From Glaucostegus cemiculus (lineage: Eukaryota): a stretch of 64,000 nucleotides of DNA. The translations under genes and the position numbers were made by a program. Positions 1 to 12,354 of this stretch are shown piece by piece; the first letter of the stretch is position 1; each line of letters opens with the position of its first letter. The DNA lies in NCBI GenBank assembly GCA_976551045.1, contig CDPCPM010000106.1, forward strand, positions 16,802,001 through 16,866,000. The letters run 5' to 3'. The notes beneath the pieces are model-generated. The model had not been told where the DNA came from. It worked only from the letters and a program-made list of their open reading frames with translations, and made no database searches.

Positions 1-185
1 AAAATAAGAATGGCTCGCATTATTCCATATTTTCACAACGTTGGGACATCTCAAAGCTCCTGAGCCAATGAAAGACTTTGAAGGGTAGTCATTATTCTAA
101 TGCTATAAAACATTGTAGTCACCTTGCATCCAGCAAGGTCTCACAAGTAGCATGGGTAACCAGCCACTGCTTATGATTGGGATAT
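1..185 (-). mobile_element. Decayed 3' part of a Deu-core (SacSINE1-like) SINE
   Basis: 'catctcaaagctcc..gccaatgaaagactttgaagggtagtca' resembles the tail region of the element at 15490-15600. Confidence 0.45.
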
Positions 186-296
186 GGGAGGAAACCAGAG
201 CACTGGGAGGATTCACATAGTCACAGGGACCAGAAGTCAAGGTTGAATGCGGGTCACTAGATCTGTGAGGCAGCAGCTCTACAAGCCATGCCACTG
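186..296 (-). mobile_element. Old V-SINE fragment (tRNA-like head plus part of core)
   Basis: 'gggaggaaaccagagcac...ggttgaatgcgggtcactagatctgtgaggcagcagctct' matches the reverse complement of V-SINE head/core copies elsewhere in the window. Confidence 0.6.
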
Positions 297-1456
297 TAAC
301 ACATGGTTATTACAGGACTGAACCCCAACCTTTGATTATGCATTATCCCAAGAATAATGTGAAACAATATCCTGTACAGAAATCCAAAAGAAATGTTGCA
401 AGTGAAATGACTTTGTAAAAATACACAAATCATACTATTGGCGCAAGTGTGAATAATGAACAGAAACAGCTAGTCGAACTTACAGAACAACATTACGCAC
501 AACAAGAAAATTGTGGCTGCTCCTTTGATTTTGCATTTTGAAGAAACAGCATGCCAAGATCCAACATCTGAGGCTTTCTTTACTGGTTAAAAGAAGCATG
601 CAACTAAAGACATTGTTATGTTTGCTAATAACAATTTGTTGCCAACAAAATACCAAATAGAATAACAATCTCAAATGCCTTAAGCAACTCACATAATAGT
701 GCACCTTAAACCCATCCCCAAACAGAGTGCATATAATAAGAGTCCCTCATAATGTCCAGGAAAGACATCTTTCCTTTCTAAATAAAATATTGCATCCATT
801 TTTCTTTGTGGTTTCCTACCAAGTGCAACCCTTACTTCATTTTTCACAGTTGTTCAATTGTTTCAAAGTCCAACTGAGATGAGAGGCCCCCTATCCTTTT
901 CACACTCGGCTTTTTATTTATTACCCACTGAACCAACCACTGATGTAAACAATCTTCTCATGTGTGCAGTCATAGAATCTCCTGCTGTGATAAAAGCCTT
1001 TGTTTCAAAAGCTTTCTATATCAGCAATATTGAGAAGGACTTAAGAACAGGGACAGCCATGCTTTCATCGAGAACATGATTTCAATAAATCCCTACCATA
1101 TTATCATTTTGTGTATTTAAAAACAAAAGAAGTGTAGAAACATCGCAATATGTTTACACTTCAGTTTTCTGCTGACCAGCACCAAACTCTTTGAAATACA
1201 TCCTTCCACCTCAGAAATATTTCCTGAAACATTTGAACCATAAATAAAGATGACGCATTCATCTGATGAGTTGCACATTTAGTGGTTTTCTCAGTCAACC
1301 ATCTTAAATTATTAGAGGAGCCAGGAGAAGGTTTAACAAAATCCAGTTTTGGATAAACATATACATCCCACAAACACTATTGTGTTCCAACACCCTCAAA
1401 ATGTAAGTGTGAGTGTTACAGTGGGATAACACATTCCTGGTAATGTCCCACCAGTA

Positions 1457-2020
1457 TAACAAACAATCTGCTGGAGGAACCCAGCAGGTCAATCAGCATC
1501 TGTGAGAGGAAAGGCATTGTCGACATTTTGGGTTGAAACCCTGCATCAGGACTGTGGCAGAGATGGTATATCCTAGGTCAAGGAGGGAAAATTGGAGGGA
1601 GAAATGGTGAATTGAATGTACGTACCCGAAATCACGGCTAGGGCCAAACTGGGAGGCCTGGAAATGGAGCTGGAAGTCACTTCGGACAAGATCCCAGTGA
1701 AGACAAGTACTGGGGAAGGATACATGGCTGTAGTACAGGTAAGAACGTGGTCCAAGACCTGAACAACAGTGGAAACTGCAGAGGCGGAGCATTGAGAGAG
1801 GGTCTCACAGAACTCCCATTGGAGAGAGGAGGAAATCTTCTTAAAAGTCGGCATGACTTGAAGAGACCTTGCAGTGGAGCAGTACAATGGAGACACAAGG
1901 AACTGCAGATGCTGGAATCTGGAGCGACAAACAATATGCCAGAGGAATTCAACGGGCTGAGCAGCATCTGTGGGAGGAAAGGACTTGCCCACATTTTGGG
2001 TCAAAGCACTGCATCATGAA
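1457..2020 (-). mobile_element. Penelope-like element piece: pseudo-LTR end, ORF N-terminus, second pseudo-LTR end (direct orientation)
   Basis: Two similar units (about 1457-1554 and 1889-2020) flank a frameshifted reading MPTFKKISSSLQWEFCETLSQCS.../YYSHVSFPSTCL..FQLHFQASQFGPS, which I recognise as the chondrichthyan Penelope ORF start. Confidence 0.75.
1519..1554 (-). ncRNA. Degenerate minimal type-I hammerhead ribozyme motif
   Basis: Minus strand reads cagtc-CTGATGC-AGGG-tttcaa-CCC-AAAA-TGTC-gac: GTC/GAC helix I and GGG/CCC stem II; restoring CpG decay gives GAAA-CGTC. Confidence 0.6.
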
Positions 2021-2289
2021 TGATGCCTACCAGAATGTCCGACCAGTATTCATACCTGGTTTACAAGGAAGTCCAGGTGCTGTGACCTGTGCCTATTTGC
2101 CCCAGGTAACTGAAACCTCCCAGCTCTCCCCCAGCAAATCCAATTAAGGAAACTCCAATTATCCAACTCCAATTAAACATCCAATTAAGGATGGGTTGGT
2201 TAGAGCCCATTATTCCAAATGACATTTTTTTCCTGAAGATTCAGGCCATTTGTCTGCTGTTTTGAGTCCCACTTCCACTGATCTAGTGA

Positions 2290-2398
2290 TCAGAATGTTT
2301 TGGATATTAAGGGAATCAAGAGATTTGGTACTGAGATAAAATATCAGCTATAATATTAATGAATAGCCTCCCCTTGCTTTTGTTCCTTATGTTCGTAT
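2290..2398 (+). mobile_element. Decayed CR1 3' end
   Basis: 'ttggatattaagggaatcaagagat...atcagctataatattaatgaatagcctccccttgcttttgttccttatgttc' resembles the CR1 ORF2 end and 3' UTR. Confidence 0.55.
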
Positions 2399-3024
2399 AT
2401 CCTTATTTTACATAATGTCCTGCCCTGCGATACTACAAAAAATCCTTTGTGATTGTTGGGGCTCAAAGTTCTTGGTAGGGAGAGCACGTGCCCTGGTTGT
2501 GACCTCTGACAGTATCTGAGCATGGCACAGATCCCATGCTCGTGGAGTTACAGTTTGGGCATATACCTTGGGGTGATGTAGTACCTTGGGGCGATGCCTT
2601 TAGAGGCAAGCAGATCCAACATATCAAACAAAGCCTGGGGTTTTACATTGTCTCTGTACACCAAAAATATGACTTTAAATATTTGATACTGAAATTATAG
2701 ATATATCTTTCAGCCATATTTTCTCAGCAAGATAAGATCCCTTAAAATAATGCACAAATTTTGGAGTGAAGGTCCGAGCAATTGATCAGAAAAGCAAACA
2801 GAAACCTGAACAGCTTGAATTTTTCCCTAAGACTTTCAATCTTTTTCAAGATGTGATGCTGCTACTTTGGTAAGGATTATTGACATTGTGTTTGCACAGG
2901 AACATCATTGCTGACTAAGGAGGGCTTTGTCACTGATGACAAAACAACTAATAGCTTTCACAAAACTCTCCAGTTACTACTTGTAGCCTTACCCGATCCC
3001 ATCAAACTAATACAAAGCCTCAAG

Positions 3025-4120
3025 TTATTTTGTTCCTGTTGATGGGGTCTCTTAAGATTGAGGATGACCTACTCCCTCTCCAGTTCTGTGGGTTTCCATT
3101 GTCTGATGAGGCTCATGCGGGAACCACAGACTCCTCCACAGATGGGATAGGAGGTACTTAACAGGGAAGGAGAGTGGATCACTTGTGAGGTGCTACATTC
3201 CTTCCACCATTTACACTGGGCTTCTGTGCAACTCCCAGACATGGACAAGGTTCTTGATAACATCTTGAATGCTTCTTTACCATTCTGAATGGCCCCAGCC
3301 CAGAGATTCCCAGGATTCAGTGGGGATGTTGTAATTTCTCAAGGACATTTTGATTTCTTAATGTGTTGGAGCTTGGAATAGTGCATCCATTTTGGGAGTC
3401 TGGTTTTGGGCTTGCGAATAACACGGTTCACCTAGTGTAACTGACTGACTACAATTAGGGCCTCACTGCAGGGGTTGTTGGAGCCAGCACTGATGTTGAT
3501 TTACTTATCCTACCAGTGGGTTTAGAGGATTTTGCAGAGACAACACTGGTTGTCTATTTCCAGTGCCTTTAGGTACCTGCCACAGGTGGTCTAAATCTCA
3601 AAAGGATATAGGAGAGCAGGAGTCACTGCTGTTTGGAAAACCAGAGGTTTTGTTCCACCTTTCAGGTCTTGTCTTCCAATTACCCTTTTCCTCATTTGTT
3701 GGAACATTGAAGGAGACTGGTGAATTTTATCATTGATGTTTCTCTTCTCTGAGGGTTGGCTCTTGAGATATGGGAAGTGGTCCAGGTTTTGCTGTGAACC
3801 TTTATTATTGGAAGGTGACGGTGCACAACGGGGAAGATTGGCAGAGGATGTTTGGTCTGCAGATGTTGAGTATAAGGCTTATCCTCCTTATCTACTTCAG
3901 GGAATAAAATGATGATAATCACTCTACAACACTCCAGAATGAAAATCACCCCAACCTCAATCGTTGAGTTGCAGTACTCAGACAATGTTTGTATTTGCAC
4001 ATGTTCAGGGGCTGAGCTCCTGGTTAATGTGATGGTCTTTACTCCCGCCTTATTCCACCATTTGCTGAAATAAATTGCTTTGTTATTTCTCTGCCAGACT
4101 GTCAACATTGGGCTCATTTA
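3025..4120 (-). mobile_element. RTE-clade LINE relic (RT C-terminal part and 3' UTR)
   Basis: Frameshifted RTE-like text in ORF 3692-4117 (..LPIIKVHSKTWTTSHISRANPQRRETSMIKFTSLLQCS); the 3' part resembles 7390-7815. Confidence 0.65.
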
Positions 4121-5087
4121 CAATTATTCTTTGATTTTTTAAATTTCTACTTAAAACATCTGATTTTCCATTTATAACTCACCTCATAGTTCCTACATCA
4201 TTTAACCCTCTACGGTACCTGTTGTTCCCCATTTGTTTTATTTGTACCATATACACAAAAAGACCCAGTTCCATGGAAAGTTCCTTTTGGTGTGCAACAG
4301 CTTTTCTGGGGTCATTACCTCCTTTCAAATCAATTGCAGTTAGAAATCTGGTTATGAAATTGCTGTCATGATGGTATAAACCTTGCACATGGTTTGTGTT
4401 GTCAGTGACATTATTTGATCAGATTTCTTAGTCGGAAAAAAGATGTCATAGCAACCCAGAAAGCCTAAATAATTTAGTACAGTGATCTGGCATAAACAGA
4501 ATGACATTAGAGGAAAGGTAATTAAATGGAGGAAAAACTGACTGATATAACAGAAGAAATGATTTCATCATTGGGCCCAATCTTCCTTTAGCAAGATGAG
4601 TCTTCCAGTTATTGCACTGGTGTTTTGATTGACTCTTTCAGTTCTGGTGGATTTTTAGCACATTTCTCAAAACAATATGGTGCATTTAAATCAATTCACT
4701 GATTCAATGCAAACAATAATTATACAAAATAATAATTAGAATTCACAAGTGCCTTAAAGTATTTCAGAATCTGAAGATATTTCATTACTCAAGGTGTTAT
4801 GAAAGGAGCTATTGGCCATTACAGAAAGAAAAACACATGAAATTAATGAAAGGTGGGGACTGCCTGCTGATCATTTTGTAGCTATAATTGGAGGTATAAA
4901 TAAAGCATGTTCAAAAAAGGAAAAAAATTGTTGATGGCACAGCATCTTGCCATGACTGATAGCAAATATGCTTTTGTATCTGTTCACATATAGATATGTC
5001 TGAAGAGAATAATTTCTTGAGCCATTAATGATATTTAACTGTTAAACAGTGAGAACCTTCTAACAATGTCCACTTACATCAAGAATG

Positions 5088-5220
5088 ATATATAGATATT
5101 TGTTTAGTACATCAGTGAAATACGTTTTTTTGCATTACTCGGAATGTGCTGGGGGCAGCCCGCAAGTGTCGCCACTCTTCCGGTGCCAACATAACATGTC
5201 CACAGCTCCTAACCTGTACA
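5088..5220 (-). mobile_element. 3' tail only of a type-2 V-SINE
   Basis: 'tgggggcagcccgcaagtgtcgccactcttccggtgccaacataacatgtccacagctcctaacctgtac' matches the tails at 12355-12500 and 35460-35580. Confidence 0.8.
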
Positions 5221-5644
5221 TATTTAGCAAGAAACCAAGTTTAAACCTTGCTGTGCCAAGCCTTCATCTGTAGATCTTCAGTTATCATCATTTGCCATCA
5301 TCTATTTGGCTCCTTTCATATTGGAACTAATGACTAATAAGTGTTGCAAACCGACAATGACAGTTCAAGTTGATAAACTGCTATTGCTTTGTAATTCAGC
5401 AAGTTATTTACTATTCTTTCCAACTGATTGGAACTGATTGCCTTGGTCAACTTTGCCCTGCCCATTTTGTGAAACTTTGCCAATTATTATTTCTGGTTTG
5501 AATTACCTGATGCTCCCATGCCCCTTACAGGAGGCGTGGGGATAATGGTTGAGGGATACCATCAGGCCCACAGTTTCTCACCTCCTGATTCGTATTTCAG
5601 GCACCATGACTTGTCATGTCTTTGATGCCCAATTTCTACAGCAA

Positions 5645-5845
5645 TTAAAACAAAATGGAAAATCCTGAAAATACACAGCAGGTCAAGGAGCATCTGTGGA
5701 GAGAGAAAAGGAGTTAATATTTCATGTAGATGAATTTTTCATGTCAGAATTCCTGAAACGTTAGTTTGATTTCCTTCTGCACAGACACTGCTGAGTATTT
5801 CTAAAATTTTCTTTTTTATTATTGTGGATTTCCAGCATCTACAGT
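5645..5845. mobile_element. Inverted pair of Penelope pseudo-LTR ends (old hairpin element)
   Basis: Left arm 'aaaatacacagcaggtcaaggagcatctgtggagagagaaa' and right arm 'cctgaaacgtt..cacagacactgctgagtatttc..atttccagcatct' are imperfect reverse complements. Confidence 0.6.
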
Positions 5846-6189
5846 TTTTTTTTGCTTCTAATCCACAACAAATTCACTTTGCTGACATCTGCATGCATTG
5901 TATAGTGTTAGCTTTAGATTGTGAAATACATCCTAATTGTGGTTCACCTCTCATTAGCACTTTCCCTTTTCAAGAAGCTGACTTGCCTTCACATCTGAGT
6001 CAAAAATTGAAAGTGATGAGTTTGTACATTAACTCACAGTCAGTTGCTAAATGGTTACTTGGTTAATATCAGGATTGAAGATGACTTACAATTCTTTTGC
6101 AAATGGAAACTGACAACCTTCTAAGCAAAATTCTGACGTGTTATTTTTGTTTGCCCGAGCATCCATCACAACCTGCTGCTTATATTTTC

Positions 6190-6522
6190 ATAGAGACACA
6201 AGAGACTGCAGATGCTTAAAGATAGTTGGACAGGTACATGGATTGGAAAGGTTAAAATGGTTATGGGCCAAACGCTGGCAAATGGGACTAGCTTGGATGA
6301 GGCATCTTGGTTGGCATGGACCAGTTAGGCCTCAGCCTCTTTCCACGTTGTATAACTCTATGACTCTATGGCAGTTGACCTTTTGGCTCGAGACCTTTCA
6401 TCTGGACTGTCTCGTAGGAGATGAATTCCAGATGAAGTGTCCTGACCCAAAATGTCAACTGTCAATTTCCCTCCATAGATGCTGCTTGACCTTTAGAGTT
6501 CTTCCAGCACTTTGTGCATTGC
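6190..6522. mobile_element. Inverted Penelope pseudo-LTR pair with a CR1 3' end (about 6216-6369, +) inside the left arm
   Basis: Arms carry cagtc-CAGATGA..AAAAGGTC (minus, 6372-6409) and CAGATGA..CCCAAAATGTC (plus, 6429-6460); the insert ends in a 'tataactctatgactctatg' CR1 tail. Confidence 0.65.
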
Positions 6523-6639
6523 TTATATTTTCATGTTATGCTTTCATAAAAATGGCTCAGGTATGTGACACTGATTGCCATTCATTTATTGTTTTTATTC
6601 CCAAAGCTTGGTTGTACCTTCTGCTTAAAATGACACAAT

Positions 6640-6972
6640 AGGAGACGGTTCAGCCCATTGGGTTGATGTTGACTCCCAAAAGAGCAATCCCATTTGTCCC
6701 AGTCCCCCTTTCCTTGTTTCCCTGTAGCCTAGAAACTTATTCTTTCTCGCATAACCATCAACTCCATTTTGATTTTTTTGCCACTACAATAAGGGGTAAT
6801 TTACAGTAGCCATTTAACCAACCAGCATATTTCTGGAATGTGAAAGAAGCAAGAGCACCCAGTGGAAACCCATGTGGTCTCAGAAGAATGTGCAAACTTC
6901 ACACAGACAGCACCCAAGGTCAGGTTTGAATACTGGGGCTGTGAGGTGGCAGCACTAACTGCTATGCCAGTG
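6640..6972 (-). mobile_element. Older V-SINE with CR1-like tail
   Basis: 'gagcacccagtggaaacccatgtggtc..aatgtgcaaacttcacacagacagcacccaaggtcagg..ctgtgaggtggcagcactaactgctatgcca'. Confidence 0.7.
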
Positions 6973-7389
6973 AGCCATGGGTTACATTTACAGGGGTAAT
7001 TTACAGGGATTTTTATTTACAATATCCAGGCCATTATATACTGTATATATATTTTTTAAATTCTCAGCTTGTCAATTCTGACACCTAGTTTTATTTTCTC
7101 TTATTCCTTCATGTTTTTAAAGCTAGAGTGTGGGTCTAAATTAGTTGGTTGGGATGTTCAGTTGTTTTTGCAATTCATTGAAGCAGGAAATATAATAAAA
7201 TAAATCAGCATGCTGGATGGATAAGGCAGTGGTTATTTAATTTGCATATAGTTATTTTAAAGATTACTAGTTGTAAATATTTGCAAATATTTATTAAATT
7301 AATTGAGTTGGCAAAACCCTGCTGTATGTTTCCCTCTTTCACTAAATGATTATTTTGCACTTGTCAGCAGACAGTAAAAAGATCTATTT

Positions 7390-7815
7390 CTTCCTTGGTG
7401 GTCCCCTGGGATCACGGATAACTTTCCTCCACTCTGTGCTTCTGGGGGTTCTGACGTGACTACCAAGGACCTGCAGATTTTGACACACATTGGGCTTGGA
7501 GTATTTAGTGAAGCAGGCAGGATGGCGATATTCCGCTCCTTCCTTTTCCTAAGCTGGGCTTCCAGGTGCTTCTTATGCATGGTCTTGAGGTTCTCAGTGT
7601 CATCTCCAATGCTGCTGCATTTTGAGCATTCATGGGCCAGGCATTCCCTTGAATCATGTAGATGTTGAATTTTTCTGGAGAGGTTCTATGCTGGGCATGT
7701 TGCCCTCAGAGAGAAGGCTAATGTCGTTTCACTTATCCTATCAGTGCCTTCGGAGGATTTTGTGGAGACAATGTTGGTGGGATCTGCACAGTGCTTTGAA
7801 ATGCCTGTTGTAAGC
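7390..7815 (-). mobile_element. RTE-clade LINE 3' fragment
   Basis: 'ggaggattttgtggagacaatgttggtgg..tgcacagtgctttgaaatgcctg' parallels 3525-3580; followed by an RTE-like 3' UTR. Confidence 0.6.
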
Positions 7816-7889
7816 AGTTCAGTAATGCTACGTTAGTGGCCATCACTGCTTCAGACACGTGGTGATACAATTTTTTTTTCATTTGGGCA

Positions 7890-8500
7890 CCTGATGCGTG
7901 GTGTCTGAGTGGTACAATCTGTAATTATTCGGGAATACAGGCTTGATGTTTAATGATGGCTCAGCTTTTCATACTTCTAACCCAGTGGACTCGTGCTCCA
8001 CAGTAAATCACTGTACATTATTTGCTGCAATGCTTAAACCTCTTGAAGTTGGTGGAAGGTGCCCAACTTTGACCACTGCTGTAGGTCATTGAGCAGTATG
8101 GGATAACCTGCTTGAAGGAGTGGTGAGACATGCATTGGACCATGCACCTGGAAGATGACTTAATGATTATGTTGGCAAAGGTGAATCCTAGAGAAAATAT
8201 ATGAGTGCTCAGTGGGTCCTGGAATATTTAGAATATCCTTGTTTTCACCCAAATTGACAGAATTTTTCTATTGTTATACCTCAGTTGACTCCATTGATGT
8301 TTATTCTAACAGACTACTTGACAAAGATGCATAGAATAGAGGATTCTTTTAAATATTACATGGGTGAAGCCATCTCCTGCTAAGTCCTGCTTTCCTGTGT
8401 GTGGTCTGCATTGCTTCTCTGTTGCACTCACATGGAGCATTGTGCCAGCAATGGCATCAAGTGAATGTTGCACAATGATTAACGTCACTGTTGAATAGCC
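7890..8500 (-). mobile_element. Very decayed PIF/Harbinger (HARBI1-like) transposase relic
   Basis: Minus frame AIAG..DGFTHV..YSMHLCQVVC* continues in frame to IPGPTEHSYIFSR, then AGYP; the order matches the family motifs AIAGFP/IDGTH/HSxNxQVVCD/PGSxHDS/GDxGYP. Confidence 0.5.
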
Positions 8501-9714
8501 AGCTTCAGGCAGAAACACATTATACACACAGACTCCTGACATGAACAATTTTATGCCATTATTTAATCCTTTTGCATTAAAAAGAAATTCACTATGTGGT
8601 TGGATTTCATACCAGTAGTTCTAAATTTTTTTCAAGTTATCTCTTCAAAAATCATTTTGGGAGGCATTTTTCACTTGTGGAATTATCTGTCAGTATATCA
8701 CACAGTTATTCTACTGCCTTTGGCATATAACCACATTAAATATTATTTAATTATAATTATATAACCACTGGGGCTAAATGTTCTTGTATTTCCAATTAAT
8801 ACAAGTTATAGCTTGTCAACAAATACAAATTTTACCCCAAATTTCTAGCTTCCATAGAAAGGAGTCAGCAGCATAATTTCTGTTCCATCTATGAGCATGT
8901 AATTCACAGCTGTATGACACAGGATGTCCACTGACTGGGTTTACATGATTTGGAGGTTGGCACAATTCTTACTACTTACTGCCAGCAAGTACACTCTCTA
9001 AACCTCTGCAAATTACAGGCTATCTTTCAGTAAACATGGCCACACAACAAAAGGGACATAGCCCAGACAGAACAAATGATATTTGGCTTCCTCTTACAAT
9101 TACGAGGTCTGAGCAGTCTGTGGTCCATTTTTGGAAGTTGACTAAGTAAAAGCTGTCCCACCAGCATGACTGAAGGATGAGTGCTGAGGAAAACAATGCA
9201 AACCACATGACCTTTAATGGATATCACAGGATCTCTACTGAGATCTCCCATTACCTAGCCATTATCTCGGGCTGACCAATACCAAGTAAGAATCTTCAGT
9301 TTACACCCTTTCCTCACATTCAGCCTCAAGTGCTCCCAAACGTAATAATATATTCTTCATTAGTCTGCTAGCCCCCAAAACTGTGATAGCTTTCTTTGCA
9401 CAGCTGATGCATGAACTCCTAATTCATATGGCTGTCATTTTGTGTGTCTCTATTTATGCCAAAATTCTTTAGTAATGTCAAGGTACTGGACCGGCTGTAC
9501 TTAAAGCTTTTTCGTTGTTGACATGTCAAAGTGCTTTACTTACCTGTTGTGTAGTTGGTTTAATTTCTGCAGCTGGAATTACTTTATCATGTTACTAAAT
9601 GCTTATCTGCTGCAATAATGAATGCAGAATGTATTGTCTCAGAAAGCATGAAGAAATATCTGTGAAACAAGTTTAATATGGACCCCAGGACAACATGCTT
9701 GCATGGGGAGACAG

Positions 9715-10232
9715 GGATGCTCCTGACAAGGCCAGCATTTATTGCCTATCCCCTATTGCACTGGAGAAGATGCCTTCTTGAACTGCTCTGGTCATTCTGG
9801 TGCAGGGACTTTGATAGTTTGTTGGATAGGGAGTTCAAAGATTTAGAATGACGAAGGAATAAGAATATTTTTCCAAGTGCCGATAATATGTGAATTAGAA
9901 GAGAACCTGCAGATGGTGGTGCTTTAATGTGTTTGAAGACCTTGTCTTTCTTTGCAGTAGAAGTAATGGGCTTAGCAGATGTTAGTGCAGTAATTTGGAC
10001 AAATAACTGTAGTGTATTTTGTCCATGGCACATGGCACACAGTGGTAGAGGGAGTAAATGGTTCAGGGGAAGATGCTGCCATTCAAGTGGGTACTTTGTC
10101 TTGGATGATGCTAAGCTCCTTGGATGCTGTTGGAGCTGCACTTATCCAAGAAATGGAATATATTTCATTTGATGTTCTTTTGGGTGACAGAAAATGAATT
10201 ATTTGCTCAAGACATCCAACCTATGACTTGAT
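9715..10232 (-). mobile_element. Old CR1-group (Crack-like) LINE, 3' part; continues at 11778-12330
   Basis: Tail 'caaggccagcatttattgcctatccc' and C-terminal text HLPLNHLLPLPLCAM..; same family as 43050-43520 and 53650-54390. Confidence 0.6.
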
Positions 10233-10237
10233 CTTAT

Positions 10238-11777
10238 AAGAACATAAGAAATAAGAGCAGCAGGAGGCCATCTGGTCCATCGAGCCTGCTCCACCATTCA
10301 TTAAGATCATGGCTGATCTGGCCATGGATCCACCTATCTGCCTTTTCCCTAATTCCCTACCATGCAAAAGTCTATCGAACTGTTTCTTAAATATATTTAA
10401 TGAGGTCGCCTCCACTGCCTCCCTGGGCAGAGAATTCCACACATTCACTACTCTCTTGGAAAAGCAGTTCCTTCTCATCTCCATCCTAAATCTACTCCCC
10501 TGAATCTTGAGGCTATTTCACCTAGTTCTAGTCTCACCTACCAATGGGAACAACCTTCCTGACTCTATCATGTTTATCCCTTTCATAATCTTATTTGTTT
10601 TTAGAAGATCCCCTCTCATTTTTTTGAATTCCAGTGAATATAGACCCAGGTGACTCAATCTCTCCTCATAGGCTAAGTCCCTCATCCCCGGAATCAACCC
10701 AGTGAACCTCCTCTGTACCACCTCCAAAATCAGTATATCTTTTCTCAAGTAAGGAGACCAGAACTGCCCACAGTACTACAGGTGCAGCCTCACCAGTACC
10801 CTGTACAGTTGCAGTATAACCTCCTTGCTCTTAAATTCAATCCTTCCAACAATGAAGGTCAACATTCTGTTTTCCTTCTTGATAATCTGTTGCATCTGCA
10901 AACCAACCTTTTGCAATTCAAGCACAAGCACTCCAAAGTCCCTCTGCACAACAGCATGCTGTAATCTTTCACCATTTAAATAATAATCTGACTTTCTATT
11001 TTTCCTTCCAAAGTGGATTAAGTTGCACTTACCAACATTGTACTCCATCTGCCAGATCCTTGCCCACTCACTTTACCTGTCTATATCTCTCTGCAGACTC
11101 TCCACATCCTCTGCACAATTTGCTTTTCCATTCAATTTAGTGTAATTAGCAAACTTAGATATGCTACACTTTTTTTTTTATTTACAGCGTGGTAACAGGC
11201 CCTTTCGGCTCAACGAGTCCACGCAGCCCAATTTAAACCCCCAAATTAACCTACGCGTACGTATTTTACAACGTGGGAGGAAACCGGAGCACCCGGAGGA
11301 AACCTACGCAGACACGGGAGAATGTACAAACTCCTTACAGTCAGTGATGGGTCCCCTCTTCCAGATCGCTAAAATATATTGTGAACAGTTGTGGGTCCAG
11401 CACTGACCCGTGCGACACCCCACTCACTACTAATTGCCAAGCAGAGAAACACCCATATATCCCAACTCTTTGCCTTCTATTGATTAACCAATCCTCTATT
11501 CATGCCAACATATTACCCCAAATGCCATGCATCCTTATCCTATGGATGTCTTTTATGAGACACCATATCAAATGTCTTCTGGAAATCCAAGTATACAACA
11601 TCCACCTGTTCCCTTCTGCCCACTGCACTCAGTATCCTCAAAGAACTCCAATAAGTTTGTCAAACAGGACCTGCCCTTCCTGAATCCATGCTGTGTCTGC
11701 CTTATGGAACCACTTCCATCCAGATGTCTCGTTATTTCTTCCTTAATGATAGCTTCGAGCATTTTCCTGATTATAGA
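10238..11777 (-). mobile_element. 5'-truncated CR1 LINE (disrupted RT and 3' UTR)
   Basis: ORF pieces QHGFRKGRSCLTNLLEFFE, MEYNVGKC..HFGRKN, VQRRFTGLIPGM, RRNCFSKRVVNVWNSLP; (ttcttatg)-type tail; possible cttat duplication at 10233 and 11778. Confidence 0.92.
11169..11350 (-). mobile_element. 5'-truncated young V-SINE (type 1) inserted in the CR1
   Basis: Near-identical to the 3' two thirds of 15890-16145 and 47237-47490; T-rich end at 11170-11183. Confidence 0.9.
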
Positions 11778-12330
11778 CTTATGGCTACAGTATTTATGTG
11801 GCTGGTTCATTTGGGCTTCTGGTCGACTGTGATCCCCCAGGACATTGATTGTGTGAACTCAGCACTGATAGAACCATTGAATAACAAGGGTAGGCAATTA
11901 GACTGTCTCTTACAGGAGATGGTCATTATCTGCCACTTCTGAATGTTGCTTGTCATTTACCAATCCTATACCTGCCTGACTAGGTCTAGATCTTGCAGCA
12001 CACATGCATGGACTGCTTCATTTTTGAGGAGTTAAACATTGTGCATTGACCTTTTAATGAAACAGCTGACGTTAATGGGGCCTTTGATACTGTACTTTAA
12101 AACCATTACTGCAACACCCTGCAACTGAGATGGTTGGCCTGCAGCAATGACCATCATCTTCCTTTGTGTGAGACATGAGCCCAACCACCAGCAGTGCACT
12201 TCCTCAATGAGTTCAGCTCTCCCAGGGATCCTTGGTTCCACACTTGGTCAAATGCTGCTTCGATGTTTAGAACGGTCTCCCTAAACTCAATTTTGAAATT
12301 CGGCTCATTGTAAAATTACCTGAGGCTGAA
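11778..12330 (-). mobile_element. Old Crack-like LINE, continuation
   Basis: 'atggctacagtatttatgtggctggttc..ggagatggtcattatctgccac' and 'gcaatgaccatcatcttcctttgtgtgagacatgagcccaacca'. Confidence 0.6.
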
Positions 12331-12354
12331 CTATTGTGGAAAATCATACAAACA

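Noticed and set aside
2565-2597. 18-bp tandem duplication (taccttgggg) as an array
   Set aside because: Only two units; ordinary slippage duplication
3104-3125. Hammerhead from ctgatgag
   Set aside because: No stem II or GAAA/GUH geometry; lies antisense in an RTE 3' region
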